Positions 1 through 10,828 of a stretch of DNA of 64,000 nucleotides are shown piece by piece. Location: the sequence record NC_041919.1. One strand, 5' to 3'. Source of the stretch: Escherichia phage HP3. The notes beneath the pieces are model-generated. The model was not told where the DNA came from, did no database searches, and saw nothing but the letters and a program-made list of their open reading frames with translations. Both the position numbers and the translations under genes were made by a program. Positions within the stretch are counted from its first letter, which is position 1. Each line of letters opens with the position of its first letter.

Positions 1-473
1 CCGCCGCCGCCGCCACCGCCGCCTGCAATAGCTCCGCCATTATTAATTCTTAGTCTCCCACCAATATCGTTTTGAATACAATGACCTCCAGCTGAACCAG
101 GACTATTGCTACCGCCATTACCGCCACGTCCATACATCGTTACGCCGTGTATATTCAACTGAACATATTCATTCGGTGTATCTCCGTACATGAAGAATAA
201 AGGAACATCTTTAGAATATGATACTAAATCACCTGTAATATTAAACACTATAGGTGCACTACCTGCCTCAAAACATCTATCTCGGAACCATTGACCATTG
301 AAGTTATGGTCTGCTCCAAGCGTGTGAATAATTTCTCGTGAGCGACCTGCAAATTGACTCATCCAGCAAGGAACACCCAATCTTAATTGACCAGCCGCTT
401 GACTCATCCAGCGCTGTCCTGTTTCATTTGCGGCTGAACTTCCAATCCAACCAGGAACACCAACTACTGCCAT
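1..473 (-). CDS. 38: gp38 receptor-recognising adhesin, T2/T6 type (N-terminal ~157 codons; gene runs off the left edge)
   Basis: Minus-strand ATG at 471-473 with GGAG upstream; translation [28 protein letters not shown]... ending in a poly-Gly run encoded by the GGC/GGT repeats at 1-30, as in glycine-rich motifs of T2-type gp38; lies directly after gene 37. Not in the ORF track because it is truncated. Confidence 0.8.
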   Translation of the reverse strand, partial: MAVVGVPGWIGSSAANETGQRWMSQAAGQLRLGVPCWMSQFAGRSREIIHTLGADHNFNGQWFRDRCFEAGSAPIVFNITGDLVSYSKDVPLFFMYGDTPNEYVQLNIHGVTMYGRGGNGGSNSPGSAGGHCIQNDIGGRLRINNGGAIAGGGGGGG

Positions 474-488
474 AATTTATACTCCAAA

Positions 489-503
489 GGGGGCATTTCC
501 CCC
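489..503 (-). other. stem-loop between gene 37 stop and gene 38 start
   Basis: GGGGG-aaatg-CCCCC on the minus strand followed by TTTGGAG (gene 38 Shine-Dalgarno). Confidence 0.4.
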
Positions 504-509
504 TTGTTG

Positions 510-3497
510 TTAGAATTTAAAATATTTACTAATTTTGCGAGCAATTTTAGTAAAGAAAGGAGTTTTCAATTCTTTAATTTCTTCACTCATTTCCTGAATA
601 GCCTTAATTAAAAGAGCATTCACAGCAGAGTTAGAAATTGTCAGAACATCAGATCCATCAACTTCAACTTTAGATACAGCTTCCGGTAATTCCTTTTCAA
701 GGTCCTGAGCAATAATACCAACTTCACGTTTAATAACACTACGGTCTTTAATAGACTTAACTTTATCGTAAATATAAACTTTCAGTCGACATACTTTTTC
801 AAGTGCTCCGTTTTCTAGCTCTTTTTTATTAATCTTAAGACGACCATCGGAACGAATATACACATCGTTAAAGTTACCATTACCAGGAGAATAGAAAGTA
901 CCGTCGTAATGAAATTCAAATACCGCGTTAGGGTGTCCAGCCGCTGGCGATGCCTCCGCAGATCCAACACGAATAATTGCTTGCCCCCAATTGTTAGGGA
1001 CACGACGAATACCAAGATCGACGGCAGTTACAAACCCTTGATTGGTGATTACACTTCTTCCTTTGAGAATCGGATAATAACAATCCTGTGAAACATAACC
1101 ATGATCGACGAATATTGGTGCTTCTACTCGCCATTGGTTGCCCCAATCACCCGGTTGTCTAGCAATCCATCCAGAACCGTTAATGTGTACACGATCGCGG
1201 TTAACGTTAACCATTGCGATATTTTGTGGATTTAGCGAAATCTCACCATTGTTTGTGATATGTACTGCCGCCTGAGTAGCATAGCTATAAAATGCTAGCG
1301 AATTATCAGCACCACCCTTACCAATATACCAGTTACCACTCCCGTCTACGTCACCACGAATATGCAAAGCATTACCAGCAGTTGTTGATAATACAATAGA
1401 ATCACCCGGACGTTTAATAATCAATCTACCTTCGGATTCAATTTCACCAAAAAATTTAGTCTTAATTGCACCAGTCGCTAAAGTACGTTCAGTGGAAAAA
1501 TGAACGCCTTTGCTGTCTTCTAACTGAATAATGTTATCGCGCGCATTATTACTATCACCCCAATGATTAAACCGGAAATAATCACGTGATTGCTTACCAC
1601 CCGCTTCAAACGTCAGCGTACCTTTACTTAAATTAACATCACCGCTAAAGGTAGCAGCAAGAGAATCACGTTCTAATTTTAAAACGTTAGCACCACTAGT
1701 ACCACCTAAAGTAACATCACCAGTTCTCAATTCATAACGGAAAGGTCTATTTGTATTATAGTTTCCATTTTGATCATCTTCGTTGGTGGAAAGAATATAA
1801 AGATTCTCTCCATAAGTACGGAAAATTGTACCAAAATTTCCGGCATACATACGGAATGCATTAGATGAGCGAAATTTAACTTCTGTTTTAAAAGTGGTAG
1901 TGTTATTAAGGTTAACAGTAGAGTTAAAATTGGTAGGAGCACCGAAGTTAACTGCGCCATTAAAATCTTGTTGAGCTGTCCATGTGTGGCGACCATCTTC
2001 AAGAACAACACGGCGGACTGTGCAAGTTCTATTTCCAGAATTACCGAACACACGAACGACAAAATAACGGTAGTTTGTCTGGGATACAGTACCGCGCCAA
2101 ACCTGAACAGTACGCCCTGTGCTAGTGTGTTCGCTAGGACCAACGGAAAACATAACCAGGTTTCCGTCAATCGTCCCCCAATCCATATTTGCTGGCATAT
2201 TCTTTATTTTGTTCAAAGGAACACTAAACATACTACCAGGGACAAAATCAAAGGTTTGCCAATCTAGCTCCGCTAATTGAGTTTTAATACCACCCATACC
2301 CAAAGTAATTGGCAAAGAGTAAGATGTATATACTTCGTTCCATGTACCCCACGCGCCACCGGTATATGCACGCTCAAAAATACGATCGCGAGTAGTTGCA
2401 CCCGTTCCGGCAGTAGTAAATTTTTGGAAAATAGCACCACCAGAAGCACGCTGTTTAACTTCCAGCAAACCAACAATAACGGCTGGTAAACCTTCACCAG
2501 TAGGACAGTTAATAACGGCATCAGTGCCTAAAATGTTATATAACCCAGGAGTTTTAAAATCATTCAGATCTCCATCATAGAAAGTCGCTGGTGTGCCATG
2601 ACCAACCTGCTTCCATTCCTCCCACTTAGGTGCACTAGCATCCCATGCAGCAGCGAGACAACGAGTATAAACCATACCCATGCGGGTAGTATAACGCTGA
2701 GTTCTCGTGTATAAACCACCTTCAAATATTTCTAAAAATCCTTGTGCGGCTGATCCTTCTTCTGGATAATGGCGATCAAATGATGCGATTGCGCTTGAAC
2801 TGTTTCGCCATAAGCCACAATGTTCTAATTCTCCCAAGCTATCAAGGTCAATCGTTTGTGAAAGTGGACGAGTTGACGCTTGAACATTACGCCACACACC
2901 CCATGGACCATTGACGCCATTCCATTTAGCAGATAAGGAACGAATATAGACGTTACCAGATCTTACAGTATAACGCTGAGTGCCAGCAAATTGGCCGGCC
3001 ACAAACACTTCTAGTACACCTACGGCATTTTCTTCTGGGAATTTATTTGCTGGTTGCGCATTTGTTGAAGTAGATTTCGACCAAACACCAAGATATTCTT
3101 CAATGGGCCCATACGTATCTAAATTAGCATCAGTAGGTAATTCGCCATTATTTTTTATAAATGTTGTGCTATTGACATTTATGTCAGATGGAGTTAAGGT
3201 AATGTCCTTTGACCCATCAAAAGATATACCATTAATTTTCCTAGGTGTTTGCAATTTAGTAGCTGTGCTAGAATTTCCAATTAAAGTTCCAGTTATATTT
3301 TCTGTAACCTCTAAAGACCCATTTATAGTTCCTCCATATTTTAAACCTAATTCTATAACACTACCTGAGTCATCTTTTGTGAAAATTGTTTTATCTTTTA
3401 AGTTTATAGCCAATTCACCTTCGGCTAATACTGAAGCAGCAGGACGTTGACCTGCAGTTTTGCTTCTTTTAAATTGTATTTGTTTTAAAGTAGCCAT
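510..3497 (-). CDS. 37: gp37 long tail fibre distal subunit, with C-terminal intramolecular-chaperone (self-cleaving) domain
   Basis: 995 aa; N-terminus [13 protein letters not shown]...[15 protein letters not shown] matches T4 gp37; C-terminal ~112 aa carry an S-D-x-R-L-K motif ([22 protein letters not shown]) typical of peptidase S74 type chaperone domains; follows gene 36. Confidence 0.9.
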   Translation of the reverse strand: MATLKQIQFKRSKTAGQRPAASVLAEGELAINLKDKTIFTKDDSGSVIELGLKYGGTINGSLEVTENITGTLIGNSSTATKLQTPRKINGISFDGSKDITLTPSDINVNSTTFIKNNGELPTDANLDTYGPIEEYLGVWSKSTSTNAQPANKFPEENAVGVLEVFVAGQFAGTQRYTVRSGNVYIRSLSAKWNGVNGPWGVWRNVQASTRPLSQTIDLDSLGELEHCGLWRNSSSAIASFDRHYPEEGSAAQGFLEIFEGGLYTRTQRYTTRMGMVYTRCLAAAWDASAPKWEEWKQVGHGTPATFYDGDLNDFKTPGLYNILGTDAVINCPTGEGLPAVIVGLLEVKQRASGGAIFQKFTTAGTGATTRDRIFERAYTGGAWGTWNEVYTSYSLPITLGMGGIKTQLAELDWQTFDFVPGSMFSVPLNKIKNMPANMDWGTIDGNLVMFSVGPSEHTSTGRTVQVWRGTVSQTNYRYFVVRVFGNSGNRTCTVRRVVLEDGRHTWTAQQDFNGAVNFGAPTNFNSTVNLNNTTTFKTEVKFRSSNAFRMYAGNFGTIFRTYGENLYILSTNEDDQNGNYNTNRPFRYELRTGDVTLGGTSGANVLKLERDSLAATFSGDVNLSKGTLTFEAGGKQSRDYFRFNHWGDSNNARDNIIQLEDSKGVHFSTERTLATGAIKTKFFGEIESEGRLIIKRPGDSIVLSTTAGNALHIRGDVDGSGNWYIGKGGADNSLAFYSYATQAAVHITNNGEISLNPQNIAMVNVNRDRVHINGSGWIARQPGDWGNQWRVEAPIFVDHGYVSQDCYYPILKGRSVITNQGFVTAVDLGIRRVPNNWGQAIIRVGSAEASPAAGHPNAVFEFHYDGTFYSPGNGNFNDVYIRSDGRLKINKKELENGALEKVCRLKVYIYDKVKSIKDRSVIKREVGIIAQDLEKELPEAVSKVEVDGSDVLTISNSAVNALLIKAIQEMSEEIKELKTPFFTKIARKISKYFKF

Positions 3498-3505
3498 AAG
3501 TCCTC

Positions 3506-4156
3506 TTAATAATAGCCGAAATCTTGAACAGAATCCTTAATTACGATTTGGTCAAATCGTGGAACGTGTGAAGGTTGAGATGCAGGATTCTGTGAAAAAA
3601 GGTTTGGCGCAGTTAAATTTCCTGTCATAGTGTCTCCAGAGCGTAATACCCTAGAGTTTGCATTTGCTGTAACAGTATTTATTGCTCCATCAACATAATC
3701 TTTGCGAGTAACATCAGATGCTGCGGAAGGAGTAGATGTAACAGTTACCGATGGAGCCGTTACAGCCCTGGTAAATGTTGTCAAACCTTCTGGCGTAATA
3801 GTAATTTGTCCAGTAGTGATTTCACTACCTGCTGGTCTAAAACTAATACCGCCAGAAGAGCCACCAACTACAAGAGTATTACCAGTGCCGCCACCAGAAC
3901 GAATTCGGATGGGGGTTTCATTATTACTTAATTGAAGATAACTATTTACCCCGTAATTAATAGTAATTGGACCGGTGTAAGTACCACCATTAGCTTTAGA
4001 AACGAAATCGTTATCAGCTGCCTGCGGTTTATTATATTCTGAATATATTTTAAATGATTTGTAGAGTACATCGTCACCGGCTGAATTCAATGGAAAATTT
4101 CCTTGATGCCAAATGACAGATCCACCTACAGTTGAACCTACTTTTAAATCAGCCAT
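3506..4156 (-). CDS. 36: gp36 long tail fibre distal connector
   Basis: 216 aa; [24 protein letters not shown]... and C-terminus ...[18 protein letters not shown] match T4 gp36; synteny 35-36-37. Confidence 0.9.
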   Translation of the reverse strand: MADLKVGSTVGGSVIWHQGNFPLNSAGDDVLYKSFKIYSEYNKPQAADNDFVSKANGGTYTGPITINYGVNSYLQLSNNETPIRIRSGGGTGNTLVVGGSSGGISFRPAGSEITTGQITITPEGLTTFTRAVTAPSVTVTSTPSAASDVTRKDYVDGAINTVTANANSRVLRSGDTMTGNLTAPNLFSQNPASQPSHVPRFDQIVIKDSVQDFGYY

Positions 4157-4179
4157 TATATGCCCCTTTATTTTAATAT

Positions 4180-4187
4180 TATTTATA
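4180..4187 (-). promoter_or_regulatory. late promoter for gene 36
   Basis: TATAAATA on the minus strand 24 nt upstream of the gene 36 ATG, right after the gene 35 terminator. Confidence 0.6.
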
Positions 4188-4190
4188 AAG

Positions 4191-4213
4191 AAAAAGGGAA
4201 CCCGAAGGCTCCC
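4191..4213 (-). terminator. rho-independent terminator after gene 35
   Basis: Minus strand GGGAGCC-ttcg-GGTTCCC followed by TTTTTCTTT. Confidence 0.7.
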
Positions 4214-4218
4214 TCAGT

Positions 4219-5334
4219 TTAAACTTCTCTAAATTCTTGCCCAAACACTTTGCCAGTTTTAGAAGAGGCTTGTGTAGGAAGTACCATTATATCTGGAGGT
4301 GAAGCCGATTCGCAGACATAATTAACGCGAATACCGTTGACGCCAAATTCGGCAGGTTTTGAAATGCCGCCATTTCTTGATACTTCAGAAAAGCTTAAAT
4401 TTCTCATGCCGCCTTGACCTGCTTGGGCAGTTCTTTGTGCATATATCGTAAATCCTACTGCATTTTCAGGAACAACTACATAATCTTCTTTTAATTCCCA
4501 AGACCCAGCTTGCCCAGTAAACTCAGCTTGGGTCGAGGAAATATATCCATTTGATGCATCATAAAAACGAATAGATATATTTGTAGTTCCAAGATCAAGT
4601 AAATCAGCATCAGCATATAGTTGTGCTTTAAGATAAAGAACATCACCAGGAATTAAATTGTAGTCAGAAAGTTTACTTATAGCAGCTGAAGTTGGCAATC
4701 GCGCAATTTCATTATTAGTTCCTCCAACCGCAGACATAAATTGCTCAACGCTTTCGTATGTTCTTTTAGGAAATCCTGTAGCTCCGACGTCTTCTAAACT
4801 ATCAAATACAACATCTAAAATAGTTTGATAATCATCTGTGCTTTTTCTATTACTTAGTTTAACATGCTCTAATGCAATAGCTCTTTTAGAAGAAGTATAA
4901 AAAGCAGCATATGATACGTCAAATCTTGACAATACTGAATCTGATGGAAAAACTGAAGTTCCTGCTCCCCTTAACCAAGATACCACTTCAGGAGGAAAAT
5001 TAACCTTTCCGCTAGTTAATATAGCAGCAAGTCTATTGTTTGACAAAGAATTCATGAAACTGACAAAAGCAGCTGATGTAGTATTATTTGAAGCAGAAAA
5101 AGCATATGACTTGCTATCAACTAATGCTCCCGTAGAAGGGTCAAAAACTCTTAAATGAAGACCTGCACTAAATGTTTGATTTCCAACGGGATTATCCTGA
5201 AATTTAACATATGGCCCCGCAGTAGAAAGCGGGCAAGAACCCGCTATGCTTATTTTATATCTTACTGAATTGCTTTCCGATAAAAATGGCGTTTGGACAT
5301 ATCCTTGTCCAAACTCTGCCATAAATTTTTCCAT
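4219..5334 (-). CDS. 35: gp35 long tail fibre hinge (knee) protein
   Basis: 371 aa; MEKFMAEFGQGYVQTPFLSESNSVRYKISIAGSCPL... matches T4 gp35 (372 aa). Confidence 0.9.
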   Translation of the reverse strand: MEKFMAEFGQGYVQTPFLSESNSVRYKISIAGSCPLSTAGPYVKFQDNPVGNQTFSAGLHLRVFDPSTGALVDSKSYAFSASNNTTSAAFVSFMNSLSNNRLAAILTSGKVNFPPEVVSWLRGAGTSVFPSDSVLSRFDVSYAAFYTSSKRAIALEHVKLSNRKSTDDYQTILDVVFDSLEDVGATGFPKRTYESVEQFMSAVGGTNNEIARLPTSAAISKLSDYNLIPGDVLYLKAQLYADADLLDLGTTNISIRFYDASNGYISSTQAEFTGQAGSWELKEDYVVVPENAVGFTIYAQRTAQAGQGGMRNLSFSEVSRNGGISKPAEFGVNGIRVNYVCESASPPDIMVLPTQASSKTGKVFGQEFREV

Positions 5335-5342
5335 AATACCTC

Positions 5343-8300
5343 TTATTCAACCCATTCAAATTTAACAGTTTTATTCACTGGGTCAGGAATAATGCGAACA
5401 TTACCAATTCGTAAGAAATCACGAATAGTAAGATTACCTATTATTCCATTATCAGATGGGATCGCTCCTATATCTGAAGGTTGAGGAGGGTTACCTCCGT
5501 CAAATACCTGAACAAAACTTGACCAAGAGTTTTTGGTTTTCTGCCATGTACGTGTCCAGCGAGTGGTACGTGCTTCTGGGGTCGTTGGATAAGTAATCCA
5601 ATCTTGGTAAAGCGAATCAAGTGTGTTACCAAACTGAGTCAATGTACCAGGAGATTTAACTTCTTCGCCACGTTCTAAGTATGGAAGCCCAGTCACTTCA
5701 TTAGTTTTTTCAACCATTTTAAAATAACCCGGGAACTGGTTATAAGTGGCTGAATCATTAATATCGATTGACCAGAATCCTACAGTATCAGATGTCGGCG
5801 CGCGGGTATATAAATCAGAGGTTTTAGTACCCTGAGAACGAATTCTCGAGTTAACAGTCAAACCACCCGAACTTATAGTAGCACCTTTTGCAATGATTAA
5901 GCTTTCACCAATCGTTACTTGGCCAGATGCATTATTAATAGCTAAAGGACGCAATCCATTAAATACGCCAGTTTGATCACCCGATGCAGTAAGCATAAAA
6001 TTCGTTACTGATCCATCATTGCGAACAATGAAACCATAATTTCCGTTAATAGCACGGAAAGCATTTGCGCTTCGAGAAATAATTTCACCAGTTGCAGTGA
6101 CTGAATTACCAAATGTTGCTACACCATTTGCATTCAATGTTCCTGAAGCATTAACATTTATCGGTGTTACTGTACCGTTGATATTAAATGTTATATTTCC
6201 AGCTTTATTACGCTGAGAATAAAAATGACTAGACGTTTCATCACTAACTTCAAATACGGTAGAACGTGTTGTGTCTGATTCCCCACTAAATTGATTTCCC
6301 CACACTCTGACTGTCATCGTTTGAGCCGGGTTTGTTCCAGTTTGAGGTCCTTTCTCAAAAATCAGACGAGTTGCCGTTCCAGTATTAGAAATAGTTAATG
6401 TACTATTTGCTGAAACTGATCCACCGAATGTAGCAGTACTAGATGATACAAGAGGGGCACTCAGATTCGTTTGTTGGGTTAAGGTTAGTGAACCATTAAC
6501 TGTTTGTGCAATGTCCCTACGAATGAACTGGAGCGAATCTAGACCATCTAATAAATTACTATCTACGGCTTTTGCTTTTAATGGCAAATAATTTGCTAAT
6601 ACGCGATTTAATTCATATGGTGATACTGCATAACCATTTTTCTCATATGATTCTAATGGCTGTGTTGAACCAGCTGTATCATTACCAACGAATGTAATTG
6701 AACCAGACGAAGTTTTAACAAAACCTCTTATCGCAGTAGTCGCTGCCCAAGTAGGTTCACTCTGCACAATCCATTTTAAATTTTTTGGAGATACAGCAGT
6801 ATTTGCTGACGTTCCAGCTACAGTTTCAGACCGAGTTGCAACTTTAATAACGCCTTCCTGTGCTTCAGTAGATTTAGTACCTAAAAGCTTTTTAGGAGTT
6901 ATTAAAACATTATCTAATGTTCCTGCAGCAGCTTCAACTTGTGTAGCTACACGAAGTGTACCACGCTGTGTCTCATTTGCTTCAAGAATATTAAGGGTAT
7001 AATGGTCCCAGAGAGTTCCTGATTCAACTAATCCAGATAGAGCAACAACAGAAGTACGATCAGTACTATTAAATCTGGTTTTAATTTTTAATGGTGTAGA
7101 GATACGAGTATCGTCGACGCCTGCGTCGAATTCAACCTGTGTAGCAATTTCAGCTATACCACTTAAACTTTCAGTTGCTCTACGGTCATTTAAAGTTTTA
7201 GGAGTGACTGCACGAGTATAATCAGTTCCTGTATTAACTTCACTTTGCGTAGCAATTTCAATTAAACCAATTCTTCCATCAGTTGATGTCTTTTTATGTA
7301 ACGTTTCTGGTGTTACAACCGCATTTGCCCATCCTTCTTGGCTTTGTCCAGCAATTACTTCACTTTCAACTGCTAAAATTACTGCGCCTTGTTGCGTTGG
7401 AGTAGCTTTATACTGATCCAAAGCTTTAGGTGAAACAACTAAATTATTAGTGTTTTTATTATAAACATTCGTACCATTTAATTCACGACTAGAAGCTGGA
7501 GTAGCTCCTGCAGTAGATACAAAAGTTACAATACCCGATAATGTTTCAGAACCTTGACGAGCTTGAAGCTTTTTAGGAGTGATGATTGTAGTATCATCGA
7601 TACCTGTATTAGTTTCCTGCTGCGTAGCAATTTCAGCAACACCTCTGCGAGTTTCTGTAGCAGTTCTTTCATTCAGCTTTTTAGGAGTGATGATAAGGTC
7701 ATCTGCAAAAGAGAATGTAGTGTTCTGATTTACTTGAGCAGTAGTTGCTATTCTTGCAATACCTCTGCGAGTTTCAGTAGCAGTACGATTAGCTAACGTT
7801 TCTGGAGTAATTGCTAATTCTTTTTGTGGAGAATTTTCTAAATCAGCATTTGCTTGAGCTTGCGTAGCTAAAGCAATTACGCCTAATCTTGCTCTAGTAG
7901 AAGCATTTAAAGAGTCTACTCTTTCTACAGTTGGAACGTTTTGCTGTACAACCCAGTATTTTCCATCAGAATCTTCTATATAAGCAAGTTGCAAAACTGG
8001 TACATAATTAGTTTCACCATTAAAAACTAATTCTTGAACTGTTACCCATTCAGCTTCAGGCGGATATTCTGAACGTTTTGGGAATTGCAGCAATTGAACT
8101 GAAGAAGCAATTTTATCTTCACCAGCAGCTTTGATTTTAACTGTTTGTCCTTTTCTCATGTAATTCATGGAAATTTTAACAGTATCACCAACAGAAATAT
8201 CAGTCGGAAGCTGAAGTTCAATTGTTTGGGTTGTTCCATTATTCGCGCCAAATACCATGACTTCTTCATTTGGACGAATATTTGAATTAGTTGTTATAAT

Positions 8301-9212
8301 GCGTAAACGTGCTTTACTATCCCCGTCAAACAATCTCCACAATTTCTCATTATCGTCAAACATCAAGAAACCGTCAATCGATGTACGGCCTTCAATGGAA
8401 TGAGTTCCAACTTCTTGTACTGAAGTCGTTTCATCGTATGTAGTAACAATTGTATGATAAAGTGGATTCAGTTTATCTAAATCAACGAAATTAATAATAT
8501 CGCCATGATTAGCAAATCTCGGAAGTTTAACATTAATTGGTGCAGCAGAAGTAAATCTACGTACGATAAAATCATTAGATTGTGCTTGATACGCAGTCGA
8601 TGGAGTAACAATCGCAGCTTCTCTGCTATAATCAGCAACATACATTTGCCACAAACGATTATTAAAAATGAATATCATCTGTGACTTTGGATGAGTCATT
8701 AAAACTGAACGTACCTGTTCACCTCTAAAATTGACAATACTCTGATTTGAAGAATTTATTTTAACCTGATTTATGCCAGGTTTTCCACCGATATCTTGAA
8801 TTATTACGGTTTCTCCATCAAGCGGAGAAGGTGGTAAAGTAAACTCAATGTCATTGCCAACTGATGTATCTACTGAAATTGCTTCTCCGGATTTTAATTG
8901 ATATGGTCCAGATGATACGGTTGTATATACGGCATCAGTACGTAATGCTTTCCAACGAATTCTATTAAAATTTCCAGCAGGTTTTGGAATATTATCCGTT
9001 GCTGCCCAAAAACGATTATTATAAATGATTACAAAATCTTTTAAATATCCACGAGTTGGGTCATATTGCTGAACTGTGTTTTCTTGAATTAAGTAATCAA
9101 CGTTAACACCGTCAGTTCCTACGGTACGATCAGCTAAAGCTACGTTGATTATTTTATCGCCACCTGCGTCCAGACCATCTTCTGCTCTGAACTTTCTTTT
9201 AATCTCGGCCAT
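5343..9212 (-). CDS. 34: gp34 long tail fibre proximal subunit
   Basis: 1289 aa, same length as T4 gp34; MAEIKRKFRAEDGLDAGGDKIINVALADRT...; repeated ...TPKKL...TETRRG... segments; divergent from rnh as in T4. Confidence 0.95.
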   Translation of the reverse strand: MAEIKRKFRAEDGLDAGGDKIINVALADRTVGTDGVNVDYLIQENTVQQYDPTRGYLKDFVIIYNNRFWAATDNIPKPAGNFNRIRWKALRTDAVYTTVSSGPYQLKSGEAISVDTSVGNDIEFTLPPSPLDGETVIIQDIGGKPGINQVKINSSNQSIVNFRGEQVRSVLMTHPKSQMIFIFNNRLWQMYVADYSREAAIVTPSTAYQAQSNDFIVRRFTSAAPINVKLPRFANHGDIINFVDLDKLNPLYHTIVTTYDETTSVQEVGTHSIEGRTSIDGFLMFDDNEKLWRLFDGDSKARLRIITTNSNIRPNEEVMVFGANNGTTQTIELQLPTDISVGDTVKISMNYMRKGQTVKIKAAGEDKIASSVQLLQFPKRSEYPPEAEWVTVQELVFNGETNYVPVLQLAYIEDSDGKYWVVQQNVPTVERVDSLNASTRARLGVIALATQAQANADLENSPQKELAITPETLANRTATETRRGIARIATTAQVNQNTTFSFADDLIITPKKLNERTATETRRGVAEIATQQETNTGIDDTTIITPKKLQARQGSETLSGIVTFVSTAGATPASSRELNGTNVYNKNTNNLVVSPKALDQYKATPTQQGAVILAVESEVIAGQSQEGWANAVVTPETLHKKTSTDGRIGLIEIATQSEVNTGTDYTRAVTPKTLNDRRATESLSGIAEIATQVEFDAGVDDTRISTPLKIKTRFNSTDRTSVVALSGLVESGTLWDHYTLNILEANETQRGTLRVATQVEAAAGTLDNVLITPKKLLGTKSTEAQEGVIKVATRSETVAGTSANTAVSPKNLKWIVQSEPTWAATTAIRGFVKTSSGSITFVGNDTAGSTQPLESYEKNGYAVSPYELNRVLANYLPLKAKAVDSNLLDGLDSLQFIRRDIAQTVNGSLTLTQQTNLSAPLVSSSTATFGGSVSANSTLTISNTGTATRLIFEKGPQTGTNPAQTMTVRVWGNQFSGESDTTRSTVFEVSDETSSHFYSQRNKAGNITFNINGTVTPINVNASGTLNANGVATFGNSVTATGEIISRSANAFRAINGNYGFIVRNDGSVTNFMLTASGDQTGVFNGLRPLAINNASGQVTIGESLIIAKGATISSGGLTVNSRIRSQGTKTSDLYTRAPTSDTVGFWSIDINDSATYNQFPGYFKMVEKTNEVTGLPYLERGEEVKSPGTLTQFGNTLDSLYQDWITYPTTPEARTTRWTRTWQKTKNSWSSFVQVFDGGNPPQPSDIGAIPSDNGIIGNLTIRDFLRIGNVRIIPDPVNKTVKFEWVE

Positions 9213-9246
9213 TCTCCCGGGCTCCTATTGTGTTTTCAATAATAAG

Positions 9247-9254
9247 TATTTATA
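9247..9254 (-). promoter_or_regulatory. late promoter for gene 34
   Basis: TATAAATA on the minus strand 35 nt upstream of the gene 34 ATG. Confidence 0.6.
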
Positions 9255-9257
9255 CCT

Positions 9258-9287
9258 GTTTACTTTAAGATTTAGATAGTATATAAT
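9258..9287 (+). promoter_or_regulatory. T4-type early promoter for rnh, back-to-back with the gene 34 late promoter
   Basis: GTTTAC 9258-9263, 18 nt spacer, TATAAT 9282-9287. Confidence 0.45.
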
Positions 9288-9316
9288 AGAAATCTCACTA
9301 ATTGAACGAGGTTCAT

Positions 9317-10234
9317 ATGGATTTAGAAATGATGCTGGATGAAGATTACAAAGAAGGAATTTGCTTTATTGACTTTAGTCAAATTGCTCTTTCAACTGCT
9401 CTGGTAAACTTCCCAGATAAAGAAAAAATTAATTTATCAATGGTTCGTCATTTGATATTGAACTCAATTAAGTTTAATGTCAAAAAAGCAAAAACGCTTG
9501 GATACACTAAAATTGTACTGTGTATTGATAACGCGAAATCTGGATACTGGCGTCGTGATTTCGCTTATTATTATAAGAAAAACCGTGGAAAAGCACGAGA
9601 AGAATCTACTTGGGACTGGGAAGGTTATTTTGAATCCAGTCATAAAGTTATAGATGAATTGAAAGCTTATATGCCATACATTGTTATGGATATTGATAAG
9701 TATGAAGCAGATGACCACATTGCTGTTCTTGTTAAAAAGTTCTCTTTAGAAGGACATAAGATTTTAATCATTTCATCGGACGGTGACTTTACTCAACTTC
9801 ACAAATATCCAAATGTTAAGCAATGGTCACCGATGCACAAGAAATGGGTTAAAATTAAAAGCGGTTCTGCTGAAATTGATTGTATGACTAAAATTCTTAA
9901 GGGTGACAAAAAGGATAACGTTGCTTCAGTTAAAGTACGATCTGACTTTTGGTTTACCAGAGTTGAAGGTGAACGAACTCCTTCAATGAAAACTTCAATC
10001 GTTGAAGCTATTGCTAATGACCGTGAGCAAGCTAAGGTGCTTCTCACAGAATCTGAATATAATCGTTATAAAGAAAATTTAGTTCTAATTGATTTTGATT
10101 ATATTCCTGATAATATTGCTTCAAACATTGTGAATTACTATAATTCATATAAATTACCACCGCGTGGCAAAATTTATTCATATTTTGTAAAAGCGGGTCT
10201 TTCTAAATTAACTAATAGCATTAATGAATTTTGA
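9317..10234 (+). CDS. rnh: RNase H (5'-3' exonuclease, flap endonuclease)
   Basis: 305 aa from ATG 9317 (GAGG 9308-9311 upstream; ORF track begins at TTG 9302); MDLEMMLDEDYKEGIC...SINEF matches T4 RNase H. Confidence 0.95.
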   Translation: MDLEMMLDEDYKEGICFIDFSQIALSTALVNFPDKEKINLSMVRHLILNSIKFNVKKAKTLGYTKIVLCIDNAKSGYWRRDFAYYYKKNRGKAREESTWDWEGYFESSHKVIDELKAYMPYIVMDIDKYEADDHIAVLVKKFSLEGHKILIISSDGDFTQLHKYPNVKQWSPMHKKWVKIKSGSAEIDCMTKILKGDKKDNVASVKVRSDFWFTRVEGERTPSMKTSIVEAIANDREQAKVLLTESEYNRYKENLVLIDFDYIPDNIASNIVNYYNSYKLPPRGKIYSYFVKAGLSKLTNSINEF

Positions 10235-10242
10235 GGTGAATA

Positions 10243-10512
10243 ATGGCTAAAAAAGAAATGGTTGAATTTGATGAAGCTATCCATGGCGAAGACTTGGCTA
10301 AATTTATTAAAGAAGCATCTGATCATAAACTGAAAATTTCCGGTTATAATGAACTGATTAAAGATATTCGAATTCGTGCCAAAGATGAACTTGGCGTTGA
10401 TGGTAAGATGTTTAATCGTCTATTAGCTTTGTATCATAAAGATAACCGTGATGTGTTTGAAGCTGAAACTGAAGAGGTAGTTGAACTTTATGACACAGTT
10501 TTCTCTAAATGA
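10243..10512 (+). CDS. dsbA: DsbA double-stranded DNA binding protein
   Basis: 89 aa, same length and position (between rnh and 33) as T4 dsbA; GAGGTG Shine-Dalgarno. Confidence 0.8.
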   Translation: MAKKEMVEFDEAIHGEDLAKFIKEASDHKLKISGYNELIKDIRIRAKDELGVDGKMFNRLLALYHKDNRDVFEAETEEVVELYDTVFSK

Positions 10513-10828
10513 TATTCGTCCGGTCGATGAGACCGGGCTTTCAGAAAAAGAACTTTCAATTAAGAAAGAAAAGGATGAAATTGCAAAGCTTCTTGACCGC
10601 CAAGAAAATGGATTTATTATTGAAAAAATGGTAGAAGAGTTTGGAATGAGTTATCTTGAAGCTACAACAGCATTCTTAGAAGAAAATTCTATTCCTGAAA
10701 CTCAATTTGCTAAATTTATTCCTTCGGGTATAATTGAAAAAATTCAGTCAGAAGCCATTGACGAAAATCTTTTACGTCCTTCTGTTGTTCGTTGTGAAAA
10801 AACTAATACATTAGATTTTCTACTATGA
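10490..10828 (+). CDS. 33: gp33 late-transcription co-activator
   Basis: 112 aa from ATG 10490 (ORF track starts at TTG 10481); MTQFSLNDIRPVDETGLSEKEL...; between dsbA and 59 as in T4. Confidence 0.85.
   Translation: MTQFSLNDIRPVDETGLSEKELSIKKEKDEIAKLLDRQENGFIIEKMVEEFGMSYLEATTAFLEENSIPETQFAKFIPSGIIEKIQSEAIDENLLRPSVVRCEKTNTLDFLL

Noticed and set aside
1-60. GCC/GGC trinucleotide repeat at the left edge that looks like a microsatellite or array
   Set aside because: It is coding sequence on the minus strand: the poly-Gly tract of the gp38 adhesin, in frame with the ATG at 473.
1727-3450. Several 70-156 aa ORFs on both strands inside gene 37
   Set aside because: Fully embedded in a conserved structural gene, no ribosome-binding sites, low-complexity translations.
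9302-9316. ORF-track start of rnh at 9302 (and similar upstream starts for 33, frd, rnlA, gp20, uvsW.1)
   Set aside because: These begin at TTG/GTG or lack a Shine-Dalgarno; an ATG with a good ribosome-binding site and the T4-matching N-terminus lies a few codons downstream.
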